From Bacteroidota bacterium (GTDB taxonomy: Bacteria; Bacteroidota; Bacteroidia; Bacteroidales; Prolixibacteraceae), in contig JAHEYT010000046.1 of the NCBI GenBank assembly GCA_023251455.1, positions 6,258 through 70,257 of the forward strand: a stretch of DNA of 64,000 bases, read 5' to 3'. Numbering within the stretch: position 1 is the first letter of the stretch; every line of letters starts with the position of its first letter. Shown here piece by piece: positions 29,539 to 39,300 of this stretch. A program made the position numbers and the translations under genes. The notes beneath the pieces are model-generated. The model saw nothing but the letters and a program-made list of their open reading frames with translations. It was not told the DNA's origin and did no database searches.

Positions 29539-31470
29539 TCAGTTGTTAGCTTTTTCAGGAATGGGCAAAGTGAAATAAAAGGTAGAGCCTTTGCCTTTTT
29601 CTGAATCTAGACATATTCTTCCGCCAAGCAGTTCAACCAACCCTTTGGCAATCGAAAGTCCAATTCCGCTGCCTTCATATTTTCGGGTGCTTGCAAAATC
29701 TTCTTGTTCAAAGTTGTCAAATATCCGGCTTTTGTGCTCTTCAGAAATACCTATGCCTGAATCTTTAACAAAGAAATGGTAATCCTTTTTATTCTTTTCA
29801 CAACCAACGGTTATTGTTCCGTGTGAGGTGAATTTCACTGCATTATCAATTAACAGATGAAATATCTTTCCTAAAAGCTCTTCGTCGGTAAATATTTTAT
29901 GTTGGGTGTTGGTGGTATTTTCGGGTGTATAGATTTTGATGTTTTTTTGCTCACAGGACATGCTGAATTTTTCACTAATACTGCTGATCAGATTACACAG
30001 TTCAACTTCTTTGTTTGTTATTTTCTGAATACCAGATGCCAGCAGTGAAATATCCATAATGTTGGTAACTGTATTCAAAAGACGGTCGCAACTATCGTTA
30101 AGTCACCTGTAATATCCTTCTTTTTCCTCATTTGAAAAGTCAGGGTCTGTTATTATTTGGCTAAAACCTAAAATCCCGTTTAATGGAGTCCTTACTTCGT
30201 GCGAAATGTTATTCATAAAGGCAGTTTTTAACCTGTCGCTGGCTTCAGCTTTTTCCTTGGCAGTTATTAATTCCTGTTCGGCATTTTTTCGCTCTGTAAT
30301 GTTTTTGTCTATTCCCCTGTAACCTTTGAGTAAACCTTCGTTGTCTAATATAGGTACTCCATTGGTCAGCAAACAAATCATTTTGCCATCTTTACCAGTA
30401 TTCCAATTTTCCAGATCTTTTATAGGCGCTTTATTTGCAATAATTCCGTTAAAAATGGGAGCTACCCTTTTGGCTTCATCTTCCGGCATAAAATCGAATG
30501 GCGTTTTTCCGATAATTTCTTCCTGGGATGCATTGAAAAGTTCATTGCCTTTTTGCGAGCTGTAGGTATATTTCCCATTTTCATCGATTTCCCAAACCCA
30601 ATCGGCCGTGCTGAAAACGATATCTCTGAGCCGTTCCTCACTTTTTCTTAATGCAATTTCAGCTAGTTTATGCTCGCTAATGTCCCGGGCAACTGTCAAT
30701 ATCGAACTAACTTTTCCATCTTCGGAGAGCTCAGGTACAATAAGTAACGAAAAATATCGGATGCCATCCGGGGTTTGGAATATAAATTCAAATATACTCT
30801 GTTCTGCCTTTTGAAATACATACTGCATATGCTCATTCCATACGTCAACATTTTTTTTCGGCATTCCGGCTTCTTCATTCGTTTTACCCAAAAATGCGTT
30901 GGGGGCCAATCCAGTTACTTTCTCTATAGCAGGATTTATGTATATGTATTTCCGGTCTTTATCCAAACGGGCAATAACATCGGGAATATTTTCTGTAAGT
31001 GTACGATAATTAATCTCTTTCTTTTTCAACTCTTCTTCAACAAGCTCGCGGGCTTTTTTCTCATTTTTTTCCTGAAGTGCTCGCTTTATAGCAAACGGAA
31101 GTCTTTCCAGCCTGTCTTTCAGTACATAGTCAACAGCTCCCTTTTTAAATAGTTCGATGGCCGTAATTTCTCCGATTGAGCCCGATACACATATAAACGG
31201 AACATCGGGGCAATGCTCGTTGCACAGCTTTAATGCTTCGAATGCGTCAAACTGTGGCAGGTTAAAATCGGCCAGAATAACGTCGAATCTATTGTTTCGA
31301 ATTAATGATAAAAATTTAGCCTCCTCGTCTGTTCGTGAGATATTTAAATTGTATCCGGCTTTAACGAGTTGTTCGCTGATTATTTCAAAATCAATATCAG
31401 AGTCTTCCAGTGATAGAACATTAAGTATTGCTGGCATTTCATTTTTCTCAATCATACTTTTTTTCTCCAT
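29539..31470 (-). pseudogene. REC-PAS-PAS-HisKA-HATPase kinase interrupted by one in-frame TGA at 30103-30105
   Basis: ORFs 30103..31470 and 29539..30078 share a frame; the junction reads KEGYYR*LNDSCDRLLNTVTNIMDIS, which continues HisKA helix 2. Confidence 0.75.
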
Positions 31471-31903
31471 TATTGGGAAGTTCGTTAAGAACAGCCCAGA
31501 ATATTCCTAAACTTTTAACGGCTTCAAAAAAATCTTTAAAATTAACCGGTTTCACCACGTAGGCATTGACTCCAAGTTCGTAACACTTCTTTAAATCAGG
31601 CTCTTCGCGTGATGAAGTAAGCATAACAACCGGTATTGTTTTTAGTTCAGGATTGCTTTTTATTTCCTGAAGCACTTCGATGCCATCCATCCGGGGCATT
31701 TTTATATCCAGAAGTATTACCGCCGGATTTTCTTTTTCCCGATCAGCGTGTAGCCCTTCATACCTTAAATATTCAATAACCTCAACGCCGTCGTTAAATA
31801 CGAGCACTCTATTTGCAAGGTTTTGTTCCACCAGAGCTTCCAGTGTCAACTCAATGTCGTTTGGATTATCTTCGACCAAAAGGATTTTTTTTAATGCAAT
31901 CAT
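31448..31903 (-). CDS. Single-domain response regulator (Rcp1-like)
   Basis: [33 protein letters not shown]. Confidence 0.9.
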   Translation of the reverse strand: MIALKKILLVEDNPNDIELTLEALVEQNLANRVLVFNDGVEVIEYLRYEGLHADREKENPAVILLDIKMPRMDGIEVLQEIKSNPELKTIPVVMLTSSREEPDLKKCYELGVNAYVVKPVNFKDFFEAVKSLGIFWAVLNELPNNGEKKYD

Positions 31904-31911
31904 TTCTCTTA

Positions 31912-34900
31912 TTATTTAGGTTTAGGTAATGTAAAATAAAATGTAGCTCCTTGTTTTAGTTGCGATTCGGCCCAGGTTCTTCCGCCATGTTTCAAAATGA
32001 TGCGGCGAACATTTGCTAGTCCAATACCTGTTCCTTCGAATTCTTGAGTGGAATGGAGTCGTTGAAATACTCCAAACAATTTGTGCGCAAAACGCATATC
32101 AAATCCGGCACCATTATCGCGAACGAAAAAAACATGTTCATTTTTTTCTTCACGGTATCCAATTTGTATAATGGCAGGTTCTTTCGCTTTGGTGAATTTA
32201 ATGGCATTGTTCAATAAATTGAACCACACCATTCGCAGCAGGGAATGGTCGCCTGTGAGGATTGGCAATGCCGAAATGTTCCATTCAATGTTACGGCCAT
32301 GAATGTCTTGTTTTGCCAGTTTTAAAACCTCCTGAACGACCACATTCATATCCAGTTTCGTCTTCTGCATTTCCTGCCTTCCTGTCCTTGAGAATTGGAG
32401 CAGATCGTCAATGAGCGTTCCCATATGACGGGACGAATTCACGATGATACTCAGGTAATGTTTCCCTTTTTCGGGTAGCAAATCGTTGTAATTTTCGGTT
32501 AGTAAGTCAACAAATCCATTGATGTGACGAAGCGGGGCGCGCAAATCGTGCGATACCGAATACGAAAACGCTTCCAGTTCCTGGTTGGCTTCCTTCAATT
32601 GTTTGGTGCGATCCTCAACGCGTTGTTCAAGCGTTTCGTTCAATTTCCTGACTTCTTCCTCTGCCTTTTTTCGGTCAGTAATGTCAATAAAGGTGATAAG
32701 CAGGTTATCTTCAATAAGGATACCTGAAACAATCATTGTCCGTTCAACGCCGTCTTTGCAGGTGATCTTGTATTCCGTAGGTTCAATATCGGTATCATTT
32801 GCTCTTGCATTCTCCACAGCCATTCCCCATTGTTGAACGACCTGCTTCCGATATTTTTCATTTGGATAAGCTTTTCCCCACCATTCGTTTACTGTTGGTA
32901 CTTCTTTACGTGAGTAACCCATTACCTGCAGGAAACGATCGTTTCGAAATACAATCTCGCCCTCCCTGTTCACATAGGTCACTGGTAACGGAAGGCTTTC
33001 AATCAGATTGCGGAATTTCTCCTCACTTTCGCGCAGCGCTTCTTCAGCACGTTTTCGCTCAGTAATATCCAGTGAAGTGCCAAAACCCATGACAGACCGG
33101 CGGTTTTCTCCTTCACTATCAAAAGTTACCCGTACGCCAATATAAAGCCAGTGAACGCTTCCATCGGGATGAATGACACGATATTCTGTTGAATATCTTC
33201 CGGTACCTGACGGGGAGGTTGCTTTTTCTATTTCCGCTACCAATCTCCCCTTATCATCAGGATGGATTCGGTCAATAACATCAGAAAGCATTACAACCGA
33301 TTCCTCAAAACCATAATGACTACGCGCCCGTTCGTCGAATTCAACAGTCATCGTATTCAGGTCATTTTTCCAAATACCCAGGTTGGCTGTATCATATCCT
33401 AATTTTAGGTATTCTTCACTTTCCTGAAGTTCTTTCTCAATCAGTTTTTGTTGAGTAACATCATAGTTAATCCCCACCATCCGGACAGGTTCACCTTTTT
33501 CATTTCGGAATACTTCACCTCTGGCTTTACAATACCGAATAGTGCCATCGGGCCAAATTACCCGAAATTCTGTATCATATTCCTTGTCTCCATTTAAAGC
33601 CAATTGGGTTTGTTTGGTGCCTAATTCTTTGTCATCTGGATGAAGTCCGCTTACCCAGGCTTCGTAGGCTCCGGCAAATTCCTCTTTTTTAACTCCATAA
33701 AGTGCATACATCTGGTCATCCCAGGTTAAAATATTATCCTTAACATTCCAGTCCCAAATGCCAACTTGTGATGCACGTGTCGCCGTTGAAATACGTTCAT
33801 TCAGCCTTATTATTTCTTCTTCGGCCAGTTTTCGTTCCGTAATATCCTGAAAAAAACCATAAACTCTGCGATTTCCTAAATCTGCTTTGCCAATGGTATG
33901 AACTTTTCGCAAATTTCCTTTGGCAGTAACGATTTCCAGTTCTAAATCAAAAGGTTCGCCGAATTCAATAACCCGCCGTACAGCCTTTTCGATAATTGGT
34001 CTTGATGCAGGGGTATAAAAATTAATTCCATTATCCACATTCTGGTTGAAATCGAGATCAACTTCATGTATTCGATAGACCTCCTCCGTCCAGGTCTGTT
34101 CCTTGGTATCCATATTAAATTCCCAACCACCAACCCTTCCAATTGATTCTGTTTCGGAGAGTAATTGTTTGCTTTTTTTCAACGCGTCCTCAATCTGTTT
34201 AAGGCTTGTGATGTCTGCCGTAACCAGTACTACTTTCCAGTCAGGGAATTCAACGGGAACAGCGCTCACATTTGTCCACACGGTATGGCCATCTTCCTTT
34301 ACCACACCAGTGACGATATTTTGAAAAGCTTTTTTCTCATTAAATGCACGCACGCTGGCAAATTCTTCAGCAGGCTTTGGAGTTCCATCGCCTCTTAAAT
34401 ATTTACGTTCGCGATAATCTCCCTGTGATAAACCTTCCATGGTTATACCCAATATATTTTCCAGGGCCGGATTTTCGTATACAATTTCCTGATCCAGATC
34501 CAGAATGGAGATTCCTACTGGCAGGAGGGTTAAGATGGTACCCAATTTATTTTCGCGCTCACGCAGATTCTCTTCTGCCTGCTTACGCCGGGAGATATCT
34601 TCAATTATACCCAAATAATAAAGAAATTGACCTTCGCTATCATAGTTTGGAGTTACAGTAAGTGCTCCCCAAATCGCTTGCCTGTCTTTTCGGATATAAC
34701 GCTTTTCGGTTTTATAAACCGATATTTCTTTATTCATCAGTTTCCTTACATTGGCCAAGTCTTTTGGGGTGTCATCGGGATGTGTTACATCTTTAAATGT
34801 GAGTTGCTGAAGTTCAACTTCAGTGTACCCAATGATCTCGCAAAACGCCGAATTCGCTTTTTTAAATCTGAATTCTTTATCAGCCATTACCATTCCGAAA

Positions 34901-36258
34901 GGGCCATTTTCGTACAGTTTGTTAAACCTGAATTCGCTTTCGTATAGTTGTTCTTCCTGTAGTTTGCGTTCAGTGATGTTTCGGTTTGTGCCACGCCTGC
35001 CTAAATATTCCCCTTCATCGCTAAATATCGGACTGCAACTGTGATTAATCCAGCGTATTTCCCCTGTTTTGGTAACGATACGAAACTCCAGATTGTGGGG
35101 TGTGTCGTCCAGTTTTGAGATACGAGTATGCTGACTGACTTTTTCACGGTCAGCCTCGAATACAATCTGATGAGTGAGTTCGGGATGACTGGTAAACTCT
35201 TCCGGAGAATAGCCGGTAACCCTTTCGCAAGCTGGTGATACATATTTAAACTGACCATCGGGCGCTACCCAATAAATCCAGTCGTCCGAATTGTCAGCAA
35301 TTAAGCGGTATTTTTCCTCGTTTTCGCGCAAGGCATTTTCAATTTTTTTGCGTTCGGTAATGTCTATCGACAAAATAAATACTCCTTCAGGCACTGGCTG
35401 GATACTCAGGTCAAACCAACCACAGCTTCCATCCGGAAACGCAAATTCGTTCTCGAAATGAGAAGAAACCTGCTCTTCCAGCGTTTGCCGGATAACCTTA
35501 AAAACTTCTGTTGCCTCAATACCGGGCCACATATCCATATATCGTTGCCCCAGCAATTCATCTTTCAACCGTTTATTGTGAATCTCTGCTGTGTGGTTCA
35601 GGTAAATGTATCGCCAGTCGAACCCAATAATCTGGCAACCTTCCAGCAAATGATCGAGGGCATTGCGCGAGCGCTCTTCACTTTTTATTAATGCTTCTTC
35701 TGTAAGTTTACGCCTTGTGATATCATTTACCATCACATGCCGGGCAATGCGACCCTCATAGGTAATGGGGTGGGAGATAATTTCGACATCAATGATTTCA
35801 CCATTCTTTTTTTTATGACGCCATTCTTTAGCCGGATTGTATGTTTTCTGTGTCCGTTCCACCTCTTTAATCATACTTTCCACTTCTTCTTCTGGTCGAA
35901 TATCTTTTAGAGTCATCGAAAGAAATTCGTCCCGGGTATACTCGTAATGATGTATAGCGGCATCGTTTACCTCAAGGAAAGCCAGCGTTTGCTGGTCGAA
36001 AATCCACATGGGTTGCGGGTTGTTGGCAAACATGTAGCGATATTTACCTTCGTTTTCGTGCCTTATTTCAAGCTCTCTGGTCTTTAAAAGTTCTTCATGC
36101 CGCAATTCCAATTCAATTTGATGTAGCTGAAGTTCGTAAATGAGTTTTAATGTTTCTGTCTCAGAAAGAGACGCTCCAGTGATTGGAAGTCTTGATTTTA
36201 GAATTTCTTCGGCCTGTTGGCGCAATGAATCTATTGAAGTTGGGGTAGTTTTTTTCAT
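31912..36258 (-). CDS. Cytoplasmic histidine kinase with about 9 PAS/PAC domains (Cph1-type transmitter)
   Basis: Repeated DIT(E/R)RK linkers; SVSHDLRAPLRHI, DNGAGFDM, FQRLH, GTGIGL. Confidence 0.9.
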   Translation of the reverse strand: MKKTTPTSIDSLRQQAEEILKSRLPITGASLSETETLKLIYELQLHQIELELRHEELLKTRELEIRHENEGKYRYMFANNPQPMWIFDQQTLAFLEVNDAAIHHYEYTRDEFLSMTLKDIRPEEEVESMIKEVERTQKTYNPAKEWRHKKKNGEIIDVEIISHPITYEGRIARHVMVNDITRRKLTEEALIKSEERSRNALDHLLEGCQIIGFDWRYIYLNHTAEIHNKRLKDELLGQRYMDMWPGIEATEVFKVIRQTLEEQVSSHFENEFAFPDGSCGWFDLSIQPVPEGVFILSIDITERKKIENALRENEEKYRLIADNSDDWIYWVAPDGQFKYVSPACERVTGYSPEEFTSHPELTHQIVFEADREKVSQHTRISKLDDTPHNLEFRIVTKTGEIRWINHSCSPIFSDEGEYLGRRGTNRNITERKLQEEQLYESEFRFNKLYENGPFGMVMADKEFRFKKANSAFCEIIGYTEVELQQLTFKDVTHPDDTPKDLANVRKLMNKEISVYKTEKRYIRKDRQAIWGALTVTPNYDSEGQFLYYLGIIEDISRRKQAEENLRERENKLGTILTLLPVGISILDLDQEIVYENPALENILGITMEGLSQGDYRERKYLRGDGTPKPAEEFASVRAFNEKKAFQNIVTGVVKEDGHTVWTNVSAVPVEFPDWKVVLVTADITSLKQIEDALKKSKQLLSETESIGRVGGWEFNMDTKEQTWTEEVYRIHEVDLDFNQNVDNGINFYTPASRPIIEKAVRRVIEFGEPFDLELEIVTAKGNLRKVHTIGKADLGNRRVYGFFQDITERKLAEEEIIRLNERISTATRASQVGIWDWNVKDNILTWDDQMYALYGVKKEEFAGAYEAWVSGLHPDDKELGTKQTQLALNGDKEYDTEFRVIWPDGTIRYCKARGEVFRNEKGEPVRMVGINYDVTQQKLIEKELQESEEYLKLGYDTANLGIWKNDLNTMTVEFDERARSHYGFEESVVMLSDVIDRIHPDDKGRLVAEIEKATSPSGTGRYSTEYRVIHPDGSVHWLYIGVRVTFDSEGENRRSVMGFGTSLDITERKRAEEALRESEEKFRNLIESLPLPVTYVNREGEIVFRNDRFLQVMGYSRKEVPTVNEWWGKAYPNEKYRKQVVQQWGMAVENARANDTDIEPTEYKITCKDGVERTMIVSGILIEDNLLITFIDITDRKKAEEEVRKLNETLEQRVEDRTKQLKEANQELEAFSYSVSHDLRAPLRHINGFVDLLTENYNDLLPEKGKHYLSIIVNSSRHMGTLIDDLLQFSRTGRQEMQKTKLDMNVVVQEVLKLAKQDIHGRNIEWNISALPILTGDHSLLRMVWFNLLNNAIKFTKAKEPAIIQIGYREEKNEHVFFVRDNGAGFDMRFAHKLFGVFQRLHSTQEFEGTGIGLANVRRIILKHGGRTWAESQLKQGATFYFTLPKPK

Positions 36259-37057
36259 AAAGCATCCGTAACAAGAGATGCACTGCAAAAATAAATTTCT
36301 CTTTTCGGGATGATAAACAATCTTGAAATCTTGAATTTATTCTTTACGAATGGCATCTATTTCTTAATTTGTTTTCAAGTTACAAATATTTCTGCTTAAA
36401 TGACATGTATTAACTCATTTTAGTCTTTTAAACATATATTGTGGTTATACTTTGTTCAGAGAGATTTTCAAATCCGAATAAAAATCAGACGATCAATGCT
36501 TTACATGTCGGAAAGCTACTTACTTTAAAATCACAACCCGAACGAACAACTTTTATGAAATTCTTCCAAAATTTAATACTCCAAAAACACCTAAAAAAAA
36601 TCAGGACGCGGAAACTATAAAGCCGCATACAATAAGTTCGCTGTATACATCTGTATACCTTAACTTTCAGAATAAAAGTATGGCATTTTATCTCTAAAAT
36701 TGACGTTCGAGTTTCCGAAATCGAACGCTCTGTTTGCCGATCCAAGATGAAGTTGGCATATTTTTGTACCAATTGATCATTTTAGGTTGATTCTATTTCA
36801 GAAACGAATAGCCGATTTTTTACACGAACGGTAGATATAAGCCAATGAAACATCCATTTTTCAAATATCTTTTCTAATTTGCCTGAAATGTTTTAGAAAT
36901 TGAATAATTACCAAAATGTTGTTTTATTATGTCGAAATACTTAATACCTTGGGAGTGAAAAGAATTAGAGGGGTAGGATGCAATGAATCTATTTAAAATC
37001 TTCAGATCATCTTATTCTGGATGTTAAAAAAAGCATTTTAAGTATAAGCATTGCACT

Positions 37058-39136
37058 ATGAAAAACCAAAACGACCCGGCAAGCGAATTATCCAAACTTC
37101 GCCAAAAGGCAGAAATGCGATTGAACCCAAGCGGAACAGCTTCGCCGCTTTCTGAAGCAAATTCTCAAAAACTAATTCACGAACTTCAGGTACATCAGAT
37201 CGAGCTGGAAGTGCAAAATGAAGAACTTCTGCAGGCTATATCAGCAACAGAGGATGCCGTTAGTCTTTATGATTTTGCACCTGTCGGATATTTTACACTT
37301 TCCCCGGCAGGCGAAATTATCAGGTTGAACTTTAACGGGGCACAAATGCTTGGGAAAGATCGTTCAGGTATAATCAACAGCAATTTCCAATTCTTCATTT
37401 CAAACGATACCCGACCCGGCTTTAATGTGTTTATCGGTAAAGTATTTCAAAGCAAAGTAAAAGAATCGTGCGAGGTTACCCTATCGGTCGAAGGCAACAA
37501 ACTCCTATACGTTCAGCTCAATGGAATCACAACTGAAAGTGGCGAACACTGCTTGTTAACTGCGATAGACATTACCGAACGGAGAAAGACAGAAGAAGCT
37601 CAACGCCAATCCCAGATCTTCCTGAATAGCATTATCGAAAACAGCCCGAATATACTTTGGATTTCCGATGAAACCGGAACCCTTATCAGAATGAATCAGG
37701 CATGCCGTGATCATCTCCAAATTCAGGATAAGGAGGTAGTAGGTATTTATAACATACTGAATGATAATCTCATTAAAGAACAAGGTCTGATGCCTTTGGT
37801 TAAAGATGTTTTTGAGAAGGGAGCTACTGTTCGGTTCGAGACTTCGTATGATACTGCAGTCATTAAAAGTGTTAAGCTCGAAAAAACGACTCAGATTTTT
37901 CTGGATATTAACATTTCACCCATATTGAATGATCAGGGAAAAGTAACCAATGCCATTATTCAGGAAATTGATATTACCGAACGCAAACAGGCCGAAGCAG
38001 CGTTGCTTAAAAGTAAGCAACAATATGACGATTTGGTTGCAAAAATACCGGTTGGAGTATACATTTTACACACTAAGCCTGATGGCGCTTTTGCGCTCGA
38101 TTATGCCAGTCCCCGCATGGCCGAAATGCTCGGCTTAAGTGTCGAAAGTTTACTCGCCGATAACCAAACCATTTTTAAAGCCATTCATCCGGATGATGTG
38201 GATGGCTTTAAAACCTTGAGCCAGGACGGAATCTATCAGCATCGGCCATTCAATTGGACAGGACGCATCGTGGCTGACGGAAATACAAAATGGATGCATT
38301 TTAGGTCGACACCCGAACCGCTCGAAAACGGTGATACTTTGTGGCATGGGCTAATTGTTGACATCACCGAACGCAAACAAGCTGAAAACGAGATTAATCT
38401 TAAAAATGAAGAACTTTCGAATCTGGTTGCAGAAAAAGACAGGTTTATCTCCATCATAGCTCACGATCTGCGAAATCCGTTTAATGTGCTCCTTGGGCTA
38501 ACACATTTATTGGATGAAGACCTTCCGAACCTTACACCGGATGATATTCATAAAATGGTCACAGCATTGAGAGGTACAACACTCAGCGTATACAATTTAC
38601 TTGAAAATCTCTTAGAGTGGTCGCTCATTAAAAGGGGCAATACCAGTTTCAATCCTAAAGCATTTATTCTTCAGAATAAAATGGATGAATTTCTGCTCCC
38701 TGTTTTAGAACTGGCCAATAAAAAGAAGATTGAAATAAGCTATTGTGTTCCTGACGATCTGGAAGTGTATGCCGATAAGAGCATGATGAGCTCCATCATC
38801 CGGAATTTAGCTTCGAATGCCGTAAAATTTACACCCAAAAATGGGAAAGTTTTTCTTTCAGCCCAAGTTAACGGAGATCAAAACATCGAAATTTCAGTCA
38901 AAGACACGGGTATTGGGATGAAAAAAAGCATTCTCGACAAACTTTTCAATATCGACCGAAATAACAATCGCAGAGGCACTGAAGGTGAATCAAGTTCGGG
39001 TCTGGGTCTCATTATCTGTAAAGAATTGGTTGAAAAACACGGTGGCAAAATCCGGGTCGAAAGCAAAGTTGGAAAAGGGAGTACATTTTATCTGACGTTG
39101 CCAAAAAAAAGAAAATTAACGAAAGAAATGAACTAA
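37058..39136 (+). CDS. Cytoplasmic histidine kinase with 3 PAS domains
   Basis: LIHELQVHQIELE N-terminus, three DITER linkers, AHDLRNPF, NAVKFT, GLGL. Confidence 0.9.
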   Translation: MKNQNDPASELSKLRQKAEMRLNPSGTASPLSEANSQKLIHELQVHQIELEVQNEELLQAISATEDAVSLYDFAPVGYFTLSPAGEIIRLNFNGAQMLGKDRSGIINSNFQFFISNDTRPGFNVFIGKVFQSKVKESCEVTLSVEGNKLLYVQLNGITTESGEHCLLTAIDITERRKTEEAQRQSQIFLNSIIENSPNILWISDETGTLIRMNQACRDHLQIQDKEVVGIYNILNDNLIKEQGLMPLVKDVFEKGATVRFETSYDTAVIKSVKLEKTTQIFLDINISPILNDQGKVTNAIIQEIDITERKQAEAALLKSKQQYDDLVAKIPVGVYILHTKPDGAFALDYASPRMAEMLGLSVESLLADNQTIFKAIHPDDVDGFKTLSQDGIYQHRPFNWTGRIVADGNTKWMHFRSTPEPLENGDTLWHGLIVDITERKQAENEINLKNEELSNLVAEKDRFISIIAHDLRNPFNVLLGLTHLLDEDLPNLTPDDIHKMVTALRGTTLSVYNLLENLLEWSLIKRGNTSFNPKAFILQNKMDEFLLPVLELANKKKIEISYCVPDDLEVYADKSMMSSIIRNLASNAVKFTPKNGKVFLSAQVNGDQNIEISVKDTGIGMKKSILDKLFNIDRNNNRRGTEGESSSGLGLIICKELVEKHGGKIRVESKVGKGSTFYLTLPKKRKLTKEMN

Positions 39137-39165
39137 GTAGCGTAATTTATTTGTCGTATTAATTC

Positions 39166-39250
39166 ACTCTCCCCGAAGACCTGTCAATCGGTCTTCTCTC
39201 CTCTCTAAGCGTAGAGAGGGGAAGAGCATCGCAGATGCGACGGGGTGAGT
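39166..39250. repeat. REP-like branched palindrome (ACTCTCCCC...CCTCTC..GAGAGGGG...GGGGTGAGT)
   Basis: Outer arms ACTCTCCCCG and CGGGGTGAGT enclose CTCCTCTCTA/TAGAGAGGGG, GAAGACC/GGTCTTC and GCATC/GATGC stems. Confidence 0.6.
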
Positions 39251-39300
39251 CAGGATTTTTGATTCGTCACTTTTTTGATACAAAACAAACATCACTGAAT

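Noticed and set aside
30103-30105. Selenocysteine or genome-wide TGA recoding
   Set aside because: TGA terminates other intact genes here (for example at 57021 and 49664), the position is not a Cys-equivalent site, and no clear SECIS follows.
36485-36772. 95 aa intergenic ORF
   Set aside because: It has a non-ATG start, atypical composition and no motif, so I cannot support it as a gene.
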